Positions 9,572-19,313 of a DNA stretch of 64,000 bases are shown piece after piece (within the stretch, counting starts at the first letter, position 1; the number at the start of each line of letters is the position of its first letter). Location: assembly GCA_963726195.1 (NCBI GenBank), contig CAVSBO010000003.1:512001-576000 (forward strand). The letters are read 5' to 3'. The notes beneath the pieces are model-generated. The model worked only from the letters and a program-made list of their open reading frames with translations. It was not told where the DNA came from and ran no database searches. Source of the DNA: Candidatus Thorarchaeota archaeon (GTDB lineage Archaea > Asgardarchaeota > Thorarchaeia > Thorarchaeales > Thorarchaeaceae). A program made the translations under genes and the position numbers.

Positions 9572-10927
9572 TCAGCTGAAGTGAGCATCATCCAGAATCG
9601 CCGCCACCTCGCGGCACCAGGTGTCGAATAACTCAGGTCGTGCTGGATATTCGGCATATGCCTTGCTCACTTTCTTCATGATGCTCGCTGCCCTCTGAAG
9701 TTTAACCAGGAGACCGGGCCGCCCGGCAGACCTTTTGACTCTCCGCAGCTTGTCGACCAAGCCAATCGATAGGCCATCGCCCCGGTTCGCGCGCATGAGA
9801 TCCTCTGGCTCAAGCACGCGTCTCTCAAAGCCGAAATCGATCTCCTCGTCGCTGACATCCTGAAGGAATCTGCGAAAGATCTCAAGAGAAGCAAGACGCC
9901 TTCCAAAGTCTGATAGATACGTCGTATTATATTGCCAAAGTCCTCTTGCTGATGTGTCCTCTCTCGCTATGGCCTGCTTGGCAATTTCACCAAGAATCAC
10001 TCCTGCACGCATGCCTGCTCCAATTCCTCCTCCATGAATAGGATTCACTTGAAGAGCTGAATCCCCAACAAAGGCAATTCCGTCGGCCACCAAGCTCATC
10101 AGTGGACGCCTTACTGGCACTGCGCCACCTGCGCTCTCGATGATGTCGCTGCCATGAAAAACCTCGACACGCTCTTTGAAGCTCGACAGATAGGACTTGG
10201 GAGACGCCTTACCTTCACCGCCGGTTACTCCGACTCCCACATTTGCTTCCTGCGGTCCCCTTGGAAACAACCAAGCATAACCCGACGGCGCGACTCTTCT
10301 TCCTAAGAATACTCGGGCAATGTTTGCCTCGGGAAGGGGCTCTTTAAGGTGCAGAATCTCCCGGTGACAGAGGGCAATATCACCTTTGGCAACTCGCTTT
10401 TCAACCAGCGGATGGTCGAGCTTGGCCCTGATCACTCCAGCTAGGCCTGATGCATCAACTACAAGCTTGGCTTGAACTGTCTCAGTCTCACCTGCTTCTC
10501 CGCTCTTGTACACCACGCCGACAACTTGATCGTCCTTGGTCATCGGACCGGTCACGTGACACTCGGGGAGAAAAGTCACTCCAGCCTGAATCGCTTCATT
10601 CAGCAGACGTTGGCCGAAGTTCAGCCGATGCAGTATCCAGCCGTCAAATTCCTTCCAACCTCTGACCTTCATTTCGTTCACTATGCCAGGAGGATAGATA
10701 TCGGCACCGTCGATGGTATTCAGAATCTCCGCATCTTGCGGATAGTCAATCCCTGTGGCGTCGAAGTGCGACCTGCTTACCTCATCTCCGCAAACCTTCT
10801 GCCCGACAAGCTCTCTTGGCTTTCTATCAATCATCAGTGTCTTGAGGCCCAGCTCTGCACATCTGCGAGCGGCTGCACAACCCGCAGACCCCGCACCGAC
10901 TACTACTACATCCACGGTCGTGTTCAT
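9572..10927 (-). CDS. Geranylgeranyl reductase family flavoprotein (DGGR-like)
   Basis: GAGSAG, VCGD, PSGYAWLFP, VGDSALQVNPIHGGGI. Confidence 0.88.
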   Translation of the reverse strand: MNTTVDVVVVGAGSAGCAAARRCAELGLKTLMIDRKPRELVGQKVCGDEVSRSHFDATGIDYPQDAEILNTIDGADIYPPGIVNEMKVRGWKEFDGWILHRLNFGQRLLNEAIQAGVTFLPECHVTGPMTKDDQVVGVVYKSGEAGETETVQAKLVVDASGLAGVIRAKLDHPLVEKRVAKGDIALCHREILHLKEPLPEANIARVFLGRRVAPSGYAWLFPRGPQEANVGVGVTGGEGKASPKSYLSSFKERVEVFHGSDIIESAGGAVPVRRPLMSLVADGIAFVGDSALQVNPIHGGGIGAGMRAGVILGEIAKQAIAREDTSARGLWQYNTTYLSDFGRRLASLEIFRRFLQDVSDEEIDFGFERRVLEPEDLMRANRGDGLSIGLVDKLRRVKRSAGRPGLLVKLQRAASIMKKVSKAYAEYPARPELFDTWCREVAAILDDAHFS

Positions 10928-11051
10928 CGCAGAACGACGGAACGTACCAACGATATAAACTCCGACCTAAGCACATCTTTTGCTCCTGTTCCAACATACT
11001 CTCACGCTAGAACTACTCTAATGATGGGTACTCTAGTCTAGTGTTGGTCAG

Positions 11052-12227
11052 CTAAACGTGCTTGAACTCCACGACCACGACTGACACCATTGTGATAATG
11101 ACAATAAGGGCAATGACTGGGGGCATCCAGTTGAGGAAGACTGCGAAGTAATGCAGTATCGTGTGGGGGTCGAAGGCGATCACCAGCAAGTCTCCGTAGA
11201 TGAATAGGAAACCGTAGACCGCGAATATTGGATACAGGATAGGTCCTCCAGTAATCACGAGCAACAAGACAATCACTGCAAGCTTGCTCTTCGTTGGATC
11301 CAAGATCCTGAGAGGAATAAGCTCCTCGTCGCTGAAACGAAAATAGTAGCTCACCAAGAACGAAGGTGCCATGAATCTGATGAGCTCAAGGACTTGAATT
11401 CCGAGCTGAAGAGAAAGCAGCATGAATGTATGAACCAGCATGTACATGAGAAGGATGCTGTTCAGCAGCGGCTGTGACTCATTGTACACGCTAATGGCCT
11501 CGATGAGACCAATCAACACACAGAAATTCGTGAAGAACAGACCAACGTGACCAATAGCGCCTTTGATGTACTGAATATGCCTAGACATTGCTTTCACCAC
11601 TGACGCCCGCCAAGGAGCTGAGATTGTCTTGGACGGTCTCGTGGTATGTATACCTGACTGTACAGAATCGATTGCGGCAACCGGTCCAAGCTCGCGTTGT
11701 TTTTCCATGGCGCGCAATACCAATTCTGTGAACATCCTGTTGATGTTCTCGCCGGTCCTGACTGACGTCTCATAGTGCAGGACATCGAGCCATCTTTTAA
11801 CCATTAGCCCGGCTTCAGGCGGCACAAGGCGATCTGGCCTGTCGACCTTGTTCGCTACGACAGCAACTACGGCATTGGGACAAACCGTTATGAACTTAGT
11901 AAACCATTCACCAACATCTAGGAACGTCTGCGGCCTAGTTACATCATAGACAATAACTGCCATCGACGAGCCAGCCATGTACCTGCGCCTCAACTCATTG
12001 TAGGTGGGTTGACCGGCCAAGTCCCATAACACGATTCTTGCACTAATCTTGGACCCGTTGGGACCTTGGACCTCGACGGTCTTCAGGGCAAAAGTGGTAC
12101 CAATGGTTGCTATGTAGCGTTCATTGAAACTGTCCTCTGTGTATCTCTTGATACAGCTTGTTTTCCCCACGGCGCCGTCACCCAAGGCAACCAGCTTGAA
12201 CATGTGGGAAACCGGCTCAGAAGACAA
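11052..12227 (-). CDS. Rab-like small GTPase read in frame with a ~4-TM membrane protein (own ATG at 11588); may be two genes
   Basis: G1 GDGAVGKT, G2 T, G3 WDLAGQ, G4 NKVD, G5 ETSV, followed by ~180 hydrophobic residues. Confidence 0.85.
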   Translation of the reverse strand: MSSEPVSHMFKLVALGDGAVGKTSCIKRYTEDSFNERYIATIGTTFALKTVEVQGPNGSKISARIVLWDLAGQPTYNELRRRYMAGSSMAVIVYDVTRPQTFLDVGEWFTKFITVCPNAVVAVVANKVDRPDRLVPPEAGLMVKRWLDVLHYETSVRTGENINRMFTELVLRAMEKQRELGPVAAIDSVQSGIHTTRPSKTISAPWRASVVKAMSRHIQYIKGAIGHVGLFFTNFCVLIGLIEAISVYNESQPLLNSILLMYMLVHTFMLLSLQLGIQVLELIRFMAPSFLVSYYFRFSDEELIPLRILDPTKSKLAVIVLLLVITGGPILYPIFAVYGFLFIYGDLLVIAFDPHTILHYFAVFLNWMPPVIALIVIITMVSVVVVEFKHV

Positions 12228-12402
12228 GTTTGATACTTCCTATAGAATATGCTGAACAATAACACGTACGGCTGAAGGCCATTTAACGATTCTAGAAAAA
12301 CCATATTGGTATATCTGGGAGATATGCCAACAACTGTCGGACAAATCCTTTTCTTGAGGATATTGCCCTCTAAGGACCGTTCAGGTGCAGTGATGAGCGC
12401 AT

Positions 12403-13047
12403 ATGGCTGAGCAGTTCCTAAGTCGATTGTCACAGATTGAAGCTAGCATTGCTTCACTAGGTGAGACTCTGAAACGCATGATCACGATTCTTACGTCAGT
12501 GACAGAAATAAAGTCAGAACTGAGAGTAACCAAGCAGGAGATACTCGACGCCGTGAGCAAACAAGCTCAAGCCCGTGCTCCTGCTGGATCTGACGAAACG
12601 AGCCGTGTGGTCAGGGAAGAGTTTCAGAGATTGGAGAGATCGCTTACAGAATCCATAGAACGACTTAGGACCGAGATTGCTGACTCCATTCGGAGCATTC
12701 AGACTGCTGCACCAGCATACGGCGGAGAAGCTCAGGCCGCCGCGGTGGCCACCTCGCCCGCAGCCAGCAGGGTGCCGGCAGACAAGGCTATGCAGGTGGC
12801 TGATGTCCTTCAGGGCATCATCGGATCACTCAAGATGGGTTGCATCGCGGGTGACGTTGTCCAGACATTGGCGGACTCGAAGACAGCCATCATGAAGATT
12901 GTGCCAAGCGACGCTGCCATGGTCAAGATTGACCGTTGGACAGGCATGATTGCAGCGTATCCTAAGCGAAACGAACTCCAAGCCAAGGATATACTAAAAC
13001 TCAAACAGGAAATCAAAGCTGAAATTGCCAAATACCAGCCAGCCTAG
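12403..13047 (+). CDS. Coiled-coil protein with a probable Vps28 C-terminal four-helix domain
   Basis: Heptad-rich N-terminus and Ala-rich linker. The C-terminal pattern SLKM..AGD..L.D....P.D...KI..W......EL....L matches remembered Vps28-CTD sequences. Confidence 0.55.
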   Translation: MAEQFLSRLSQIEASIASLGETLKRMITILTSVTEIKSELRVTKQEILDAVSKQAQARAPAGSDETSRVVREEFQRLERSLTESIERLRTEIADSIRSIQTAAPAYGGEAQAAAVATSPAASRVPADKAMQVADVLQGIIGSLKMGCIAGDVVQTLADSKTAIMKIVPSDAAMVKIDRWTGMIAAYPKRNELQAKDILKLKQEIKAEIAKYQPA

Positions 13048-13061
13048 ACAGTGAAATCGCC

Positions 13062-13447
13062 CTAGCCGATTAGCTTCTTTGAGGCAATTACTCGCAAAAC
13101 GTCAGTTGATGTGACTATTCCAATAATATCGTTGCCCTCGATTACTGGTATGTGCCTCTTTCCACTCTGATGCATCAATGCTATGGCCTGTGCTAAATCT
13201 GCATCTGGCCTGATGGTAACTACGGGACTGCTCATTATGTCTTCTAGGGTCAGCCGATGGTAGACTCCCTCAGACAGTAGCTGCGCTGCTATGATATCTT
13301 TCTGCGTCACAAGCCCCGCAAGAACCTCATTCTTGGTGACAATCACACTGCCTACGTCTTCTACCGCCATGATCTGGCAGCTTCAACGACGGGAGTAGCC
13401 ACATCTGCTGTGACAATCACGGAGGTCATGAATTCCCTGACGCGCAT
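13062..13447 (-). CDS. Tandem CBS-domain protein (frameshift near 13373)
   Basis: MRVREFMTS..VVEAA joins MAVEDVGSVIV..GLVTQKDI..IMSSPVVTI..GIVTSTDV. Confidence 0.85.
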
Positions 13448-13485
13448 GCTAACGCCTCTCAATAGTGATCATCATGAAGTACAGC

Positions 13486-14088
13486 TCACATTTTCGGTGT
13501 TCGTTCCGCAATTGCTTTGACCAACACGATTTGTGCTATATGCATGAAGACATCCGAGACAGCAGTACCCATCTTTGCCGATGTCTCGAAATACTCAGCT
13601 TGAAACCAGTTCTTGAGCATTATGCCAGGCTGCTGGGGAACCATCCTCTTTGATTCGAGGTCTATCTTGTTTGCACATATAATAGCAGGTGCGTCCGGAC
13701 AGACTTCGCGGAATGATTCATACCACGTATTCATTGCCATAAACGTCTCGGGACGCGTCACATCGTATACTATGATGGCTCCCGAAGCGCCCCTCATGAA
13801 TTGCCTTCTCAGTTCTCTGTACGTGGATTGTCCGCCCATGTCCCATATTATAAGACGCACAGCCCTGGAAACTCCCGACTTGTCGGAGACCCTTGCATCC
13901 TTTGTCGCGAAAGTAGTGCCCACAGTCTGCTTGTACTCATCATCAAAAGCGTTCTCAGTGTACCGGCGAAGCAGCGAAGTCTTTCCCACCGATGCTTCGC
14001 CCAGAAGTACAATCCTGAACTTGTAACCTTCGAAAGCAGAGTCATCTGTGGCACTCGGCCTACCAGTTCGACCCACTTTCTCAGTCAT
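13486..14088 (-). CDS. Rab-like small GTPase
   Basis: GEASVGKT, WDMGGQ, NKID, ETSAK. Confidence 0.92.
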   Translation of the reverse strand: MTEKVGRTGRPSATDDSAFEGYKFRIVLLGEASVGKTSLLRRYTENAFDDEYKQTVGTTFATKDARVSDKSGVSRAVRLIIWDMGGQSTYRELRRQFMRGASGAIIVYDVTRPETFMAMNTWYESFREVCPDAPAIICANKIDLESKRMVPQQPGIMLKNWFQAEYFETSAKMGTAVSDVFMHIAQIVLVKAIAERTPKM

Positions 14089-14241
14089 TATGCAGCTACT
14101 CCTAGTGCTTCTCGCATTCCGGTGTGAAGAAGACCCCTCGCCTGTGACCTTATATCTTTTCTCCGGTCAGAAGGCGACTTGGCGTCACCAAGCATCGTCA
14201 CGCACGACGGCGTGCACATGTTCGACCGCTCAATCAATGCA

Positions 14242-15900
14242 CTAGGGCAGCCGGAACTCGAAAGCTACCGTTGGGTTGCCAATCCCGAACTGGCTGAGCA
14301 CCTCGGGCGATACTTCACCGAAGGAACCAATTCGTGCTTGACCCAACAAGATGTCAGCGCTTCTTCCGTCCACAAATGACAGATTCTTGGCCGAGACAAA
14401 TCTGAACTTGCCATCAAGACCCAGGTTCCTTAGCACGAATGTGAGCTCTGTGATCATGTTCGTCAGATTAACACGACCGTCCGACACCAGCCCACAAACT
14501 GATGTTATCTGTGCAGAGCGGGTCTCCGATCCTTCTTCCGGACTGATAACATCACCCACCTCGAATATCCTATGCGGGTAGTCCGCGTGCTGGTTCTGGC
14601 TTGTGAAGTCGAGGAGGGCAGGAAGCAGAGAGTTGCGAAGAATCGAGTAGTCTAGGCTCTTTGGATTACCGGTTGTAACAAGCTGGCTGTCTCGCATCAT
14701 CTTGGAGTTCATGATATCTGGCGAACTCATTACGTAGGTCATCACTTCTTGGTAACCAACTCCCACCAGCAAGTCACGAGCTTTGTTCTTCAACCGTGTC
14801 TTTGGGAGTAAGCGCCCGGCCGTCGTTGTGAGAGGCATCGTAGGCTGTATCTTATCGAATCCGTACCCAATTGCGACGTCCTCCATTACGTCGACACCGT
14901 GGAGTATGTCGGTCCTGAACGGGGGAACTTCCACTGCTACCTTTCCCTTGCTGGTCACCTTGGCTCCGTAGCACATCCTCTTCAGACAGTCAACAACGTC
15001 TTGGTCCTCAAGCTTGAGTCCGGTCAGTTGCACAACATCATCAGTTGTTACAACCATCTTCTCAGGCCTCAAATCGGGTGTTTCCGTTTCGGTCCCGTCG
15101 GGGTACACTACTGTCACTGACTCTATCTTGCCACCTCTATCAGCGACAGACGTAAGAACTATGTTGAGCGCTTGGTCCACGCATGACTTCTGAGTTCCGG
15201 TGACCTCGACGAAAATGTCGTGAATTTCGACAGTGAGGCGGCCCAAGTCATTGCTGTTGATGACAGGCGGGAGGCTCAAGATTTGATCCTTCGAGTCCTT
15301 CAGAACAGGCCATTTCTTGAAGCCTGATATGATGGGACCGTAAAGCAGCCCCTTCTCGTGTGTCTTGAGAATAGTCGGACCATCGATTGCAACATCTTGA
15401 CCCAAGGGGGCAAACTTGATTGACTCCGGCTTCTCAGGTGCGTATATCACCGGGAACTCTATGTCATTCAACACATAGAGCCCGATGCTTGCCTTCTTCC
15501 TGTTTCTGCCATGAGTCGTTGTGAGGAGTTCTTGAAGATGCATGTAGTCCTTCAGGAGGTCATCACTCATTTGAACGCCCTTGACAATGCCGCAGGAAAT
15601 GAGTGGCCTGACTTTCTCCAGCCCGGGCTTCACGATAACTTGCTTTCCTGACTTCCTAACCAAGAAAGTCTTGAGTCCCGTCTCAATGCCCAGGAATGCT
15701 TTGATTGTCCTTGCGATTCCCTCAGCCGAGAGCATATCCTGCCTATCGGGATTGACTTCGACTTCTATGATGTTCCCCTCAAGTTTCTCTATCTCGACTT
15801 TGAGAAGGAATAGTGTTTCTTCGAGCTTCTGCGTTGTCAGTCTCTGACCAATCAGCTGGAGCAAGTCGTCTAGTCTGCATTCAACTATCACTGCACTCAC
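14242..15900 (-). CDS. pheT: Phenylalanyl-tRNA synthetase beta subunit
   Basis: PDRQDMLSAEGIAR, THGRNRKKASIG, SLPPVINS, RTDILHGVDVMEDVAIGYG. GTG start overlaps the corrected pheS stop. Confidence 0.93.
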   Translation of the reverse strand: MSAVIVECRLDDLLQLIGQRLTTQKLEETLFLLKVEIEKLEGNIIEVEVNPDRQDMLSAEGIARTIKAFLGIETGLKTFLVRKSGKQVIVKPGLEKVRPLISCGIVKGVQMSDDLLKDYMHLQELLTTTHGRNRKKASIGLYVLNDIEFPVIYAPEKPESIKFAPLGQDVAIDGPTILKTHEKGLLYGPIISGFKKWPVLKDSKDQILSLPPVINSNDLGRLTVEIHDIFVEVTGTQKSCVDQALNIVLTSVADRGGKIESVTVVYPDGTETETPDLRPEKMVVTTDDVVQLTGLKLEDQDVVDCLKRMCYGAKVTSKGKVAVEVPPFRTDILHGVDVMEDVAIGYGFDKIQPTMPLTTTAGRLLPKTRLKNKARDLLVGVGYQEVMTYVMSSPDIMNSKMMRDSQLVTTGNPKSLDYSILRNSLLPALLDFTSQNQHADYPHRIFEVGDVISPEEGSETRSAQITSVCGLVSDGRVNLTNMITELTFVLRNLGLDGKFRFVSAKNLSFVDGRSADILLGQARIGSFGEVSPEVLSQFGIGNPTVAFEFRLP

Positions 15901-17406
15901 CTCACGAAGTACTGTCGACGAAGCCAGCTCAGATCTTTTGACAGGACTTCTCGTATGTCGGATATCTGCATGGACGCCATGTACAGCCTCATGGCACCTA
16001 TTCCCCAAGCTCAGGACTGGATCCTTGAGTCCAAGTGGCCGGGTCACCTCGGGTCGAAAGATTCCTCCAGGCGCCACTTCAAACCAACCGAGGGTCTCAT
16101 GTTTAGCGAAGACCTCAACGCTTGGCTCCGTGAACGGGAATTGACCTGGCTTGAACTTCAGCTTCTCCACGCCAACCCTTCTGCATATCTCGCTTAGATA
16201 GCCCATCAAGTCTCGGAGAGTCAGACCTTTGTCCATGATGATGCCCTCGCACTGGTCGAACTCCTGTGCATGTCGTGGGTTTATCTTCTCGGCCCTGAAG
16301 TTTCTGTCAACGATGAACATCTTCTGGGGAGATTCCCGATGCTGGCTGAGAAACCTAACCGAGACAGGCGTGGTGTGAGAGCGAAGGCAAAGTCTAGATG
16401 ATACCTCATTGCTAAATGGCCATTCCCAACCTTTAGACCCGGTGTCACCTCCGTTCTCATGGACTGCCTTAACCAGAGAGTAGTATCCCTTGTCAAGGAT
16501 TAGGCCGTGATCGAAGGGTTGTGTAACGCGAAATTGATCTTGGACCTCTCTGGCCACATGGTCCTGCGGCACGAACAGTACATCATTGTTCCAAAACTCG
16601 GTCTCAACGTAGGGTCCGTACCATTCGGAGAATCCAAGCCCGACGAGAATCTCCCTGAGCCAGTCTGTGAACTCTGCATAGGGATGCTTCTTGCCATAGT
16701 TGCAGGAAGGAGCCTCAATCTCCACATTGTAGGGTTTGAATGATTTGCCTCTCCAAGAGCCGCTTGCCAATATCTCTGGAGTCAGGTCTCCGATTCCTTC
16801 GTGCTCCTGTGCCAACAAATCCTGTGCAAGCTTCTGGCTCTCGCCCTTCACTTGCGACGCATAACTCTTGATGGTCTTGGGCGTGGCGAGAGACCTTTCG
16901 ATGGCTTGGTCGAGCGCTTTTCGAAGTTGCGGGGGAACTTGAGTTTGGCCGCCGTGGAGGAGACTCAGCACTTCAACAACCGGCGAAACGGCGTTCGTAG
17001 CAACGGTCTCTAGTATGGAGTCATTGCCAATCCGGGTTACCTTGACCCATCCGTTCCTTCGTGCCCAATTGACTGCTATCCCTTTCGACACTGGTGTGAG
17101 ACGTGCAGCGGTCACAGCCTTTTCTAGCTCGCTCTTTCCGCCCAGATTCTTGACCGAATTGAAGAGTCGTACCTCGGGCAGACCGTCGTTGACATAACCA
17201 CGACCCTCTTCTGTCAGGGAGAACACAGTGGACTCTTGAGTGTCGATGGTCACGAGACCCTTCGCGGCAAGCGACATCAATATGGAGACGATTCGTGGCT
17301 CGCTCTCACCTAGTTTCTCTGCGAGATTGGCCGCCTTGACTAGACTCTTTGCTGATATCAGTTCGGCAAGTACCGGTCGTTCGCCTTCTGTCAAGTGTTC
17401 GCTCAT
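15897..17406 (-). CDS. pheS: Phenylalanyl-tRNA synthetase alpha subunit (+1 insertion near 16011 artificially fuses it to pheT)
   Basis: FWNNDVLFVPQDHVARE, LRSHTT, FRAE, FPFTEPS, GIFRPEV. Removing one base restores PVLAWGIG..RL..DIRE..DLSWLR and TGA at 15899-15897. Confidence 0.95.
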
Positions 17407-17470
17407 ATGTGAACCAGAACTCCTAGCGACTTTCGCCAGTTATGCGAGTAGAAAACCCCACCAAGTCTAT

Positions 17471-17641
17471 TCCCAACTGAGAAAAAGAATCCTATGAGAC
17501 CGCTGTGAATTGGCAGGGCCACATTCCTTTCGCACCTTTGATTCGGAGGTTGCCACTGACCCCTTTTTTAACCTTATCATGCTCCGGGCTTTCACGGCAC
17601 AGGAGGGAGCAAAGCACGCCGGGCTTGACTTCTCAGTTGGG
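17471..17641 (-). ncRNA. Candidate structured RNA (or pheS leader) closed by a perfect 12-bp terminal stem
   Basis: CCCAACTGAGAA (17471-17482) and TTCTCAGTTGGG (17630-17641) are exact inverted repeats. Internal helices are present, and a TATA-like CTTATTGAA lies about 25-30 nt upstream on the minus strand. Confidence 0.4.
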
Positions 17642-17791
17642 CCAACCAATCGATGATTAATGCGCATTCAATAAGCCAGTTACATAACGTTAAAATAGAG
17701 TGCCCCTGCGACCTCTCTGTGAGCACTTGGATGCGTCTCCTTGTTCTTCGTGGTTCTGCCATCTGAGAAGGCAGGAAGTGGATGTCCATTG

Positions 17792-18877
17792 ATGGTTGAC
17801 CGATACCAACTGAAACGGAAACTCGCAGAACTCAAGGCATTCAAGGGTAGGCAAAGCTCATTCACAACTCTCACGATTCCTCCAAACAAGGCACTGGCGG
17901 ACGTGATTGGCTTCGTGAGGGCAGAACTCGCTGGATGTGAAAACATCAAGAGTAGGGTCAACAGAAGAAATGTTGCTGACAATCTGACAGCTATTCTGAG
18001 CGAGCTGACGAAGCGACAGTTTTCAGTCCCAGCGAATGGTATCGCATTCTTCTATGGAATCCAAGAGGCAGAGGGAGGAGGAACGGCTCAGGAAATCAGG
18101 GAAATCTTGGTACCTCCTGCTCCACTCACACAGTTCGTTTACATATGCGGCCGGGAGTTTGTGGTCGACGAACTGTTGGCGATGACCCAGCCAAAGAGCC
18201 TCATAGTAATTGTTTTGATCGAGGGAGGAAAGGTCACAGTTGGATACTTGCGCGGCAAGCATATGGAACTCGTACGCGACGAGGACTACTACATCATCGG
18301 AAAAACGAGAGCAGGCGGACAGAGTGCCAGAAGGTTCGAACACATTCGAGATGGATTGATGCTCGACTTCTTCAAACACGTTGGTCGTTTGCTGAACGAA
18401 CTGCTTCTGCCAAACATCGCGAACATTGATGCTATCGTCGTTGGTGGAAACACTATAAGGGCTCAGGAGTTCTTGGACAAGGGTGAGCTCGACTACCGTC
18501 TGAGACAGAAAGTGGCAGAGACCATAATCTCTGTGAGCCAAGTTGACGAGATAGGATTGTACGAGGCCATGAAAGAGGCGTCGAGAATCCTGAGGGAGAC
18601 AGAAATCTACGCGGAAAGACAGGCATGGGACAGCTTCCTTGAGAGCCTGATGAAAGGCTCATCAACAATAACGTACGGAAGGAAGGAAGTCTTGGAAGCC
18701 CTCAAGGGTGGTCGTGTTCAGAAACTGTTGATACTAGAAGACAGCCCTGATCTCACCGATGGCCTCATGCAGGAAGTCTCGAACTACAAAACAGAAATGC
18801 TGGTCTTCTCAAGTCAGACAGAATCAGGCTCGCAGCTACGCGGCTTTGGCGGCATCGCTGCGACGCTACGTTGGTAA
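17792..18877 (+). CDS. prf1: Peptide chain release factor aRF1/eRF1 family (short, divergent)
   Basis: NIKS, YICGREF (YxCxxxF), GGQSARRF, C-terminal GFGGIAATLRW. Confidence 0.9.
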   Translation: MVDRYQLKRKLAELKAFKGRQSSFTTLTIPPNKALADVIGFVRAELAGCENIKSRVNRRNVADNLTAILSELTKRQFSVPANGIAFFYGIQEAEGGGTAQEIREILVPPAPLTQFVYICGREFVVDELLAMTQPKSLIVIVLIEGGKVTVGYLRGKHMELVRDEDYYIIGKTRAGGQSARRFEHIRDGLMLDFFKHVGRLLNELLLPNIANIDAIVVGGNTIRAQEFLDKGELDYRLRQKVAETIISVSQVDEIGLYEAMKEASRILRETEIYAERQAWDSFLESLMKGSSTITYGRKEVLEALKGGRVQKLLILEDSPDLTDGLMQEVSNYKTEMLVFSSQTESGSQLRGFGGIAATLRW

Positions 18878-18880
18878 TCA

Positions 18881-19306
18881 TCACTTTCTTTCTTGTCCTT
18901 GAGGCAGCTGAGGAAGCTTACTCAGGGTCTCGATGTCATTTGACCAACCGACTAGTTCCGTTGTAATGCCATTGATGTATTCCAAAAGAGACTGCTGGTA
19001 TTTGTGCATGTGCTCCTGTGCGAACTTCCTGTATCTGCTGGAGTAATCATGCACTCTTTCTGGCAAGCCAGTCGACCACATCTGCAGGACGAGCTCTGCT
19101 TTGCGATCCTGGAGAGCCTTCTGTGCTATCTTGGTATTACTGCATTTTGTCAGGAGATCCTCCAAGGATTTCTGCGTAGATATGGTCGCTGCCACGAGCT
19201 CCTTTGCGTCCGCCTTGGTGCTCTCATCTTTGGTTGAGTAATAGACCTGCTTCAACCGTCTCTTGCATTCCATAACACGGGCGAGAAAGCGCGCCAGTTC
19301 GTGCAT
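18881..19306 (-). CDS. Hypothetical alpha-helical protein
   Basis: Clean ORF from MHELARFLAR directly downstream of the Cas4-like gene; no motif recognised. Confidence 0.6.
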   Translation of the reverse strand: MHELARFLARVMECKRRLKQVYYSTKDESTKADAKELVAATISTQKSLEDLLTKCSNTKIAQKALQDRKAELVLQMWSTGLPERVHDYSSRYRKFAQEHMHKYQQSLLEYINGITTELVGWSNDIETLSKLPQLPQGQERK

Positions 19307-19313
19307 GGTCTCG

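Noticed and set aside
14242-17406. 1054-aa PheS-PheT fusion
   Set aside because: The fused frame destroys PheS motif 3 (AWGIG..RL). Deleting one base near 16011 restores it and gives a normal overlapping stop/start, so this is an artefact.
17471-17641. T-box riboswitch, RNase P/MRP or SRP RNA identity for the structured element
   Set aside because: Only fragments resemble these (GUGGCAACC, GAAAGCCCGG). Motif order, P4 pairing and SRP helix 8 do not fit.
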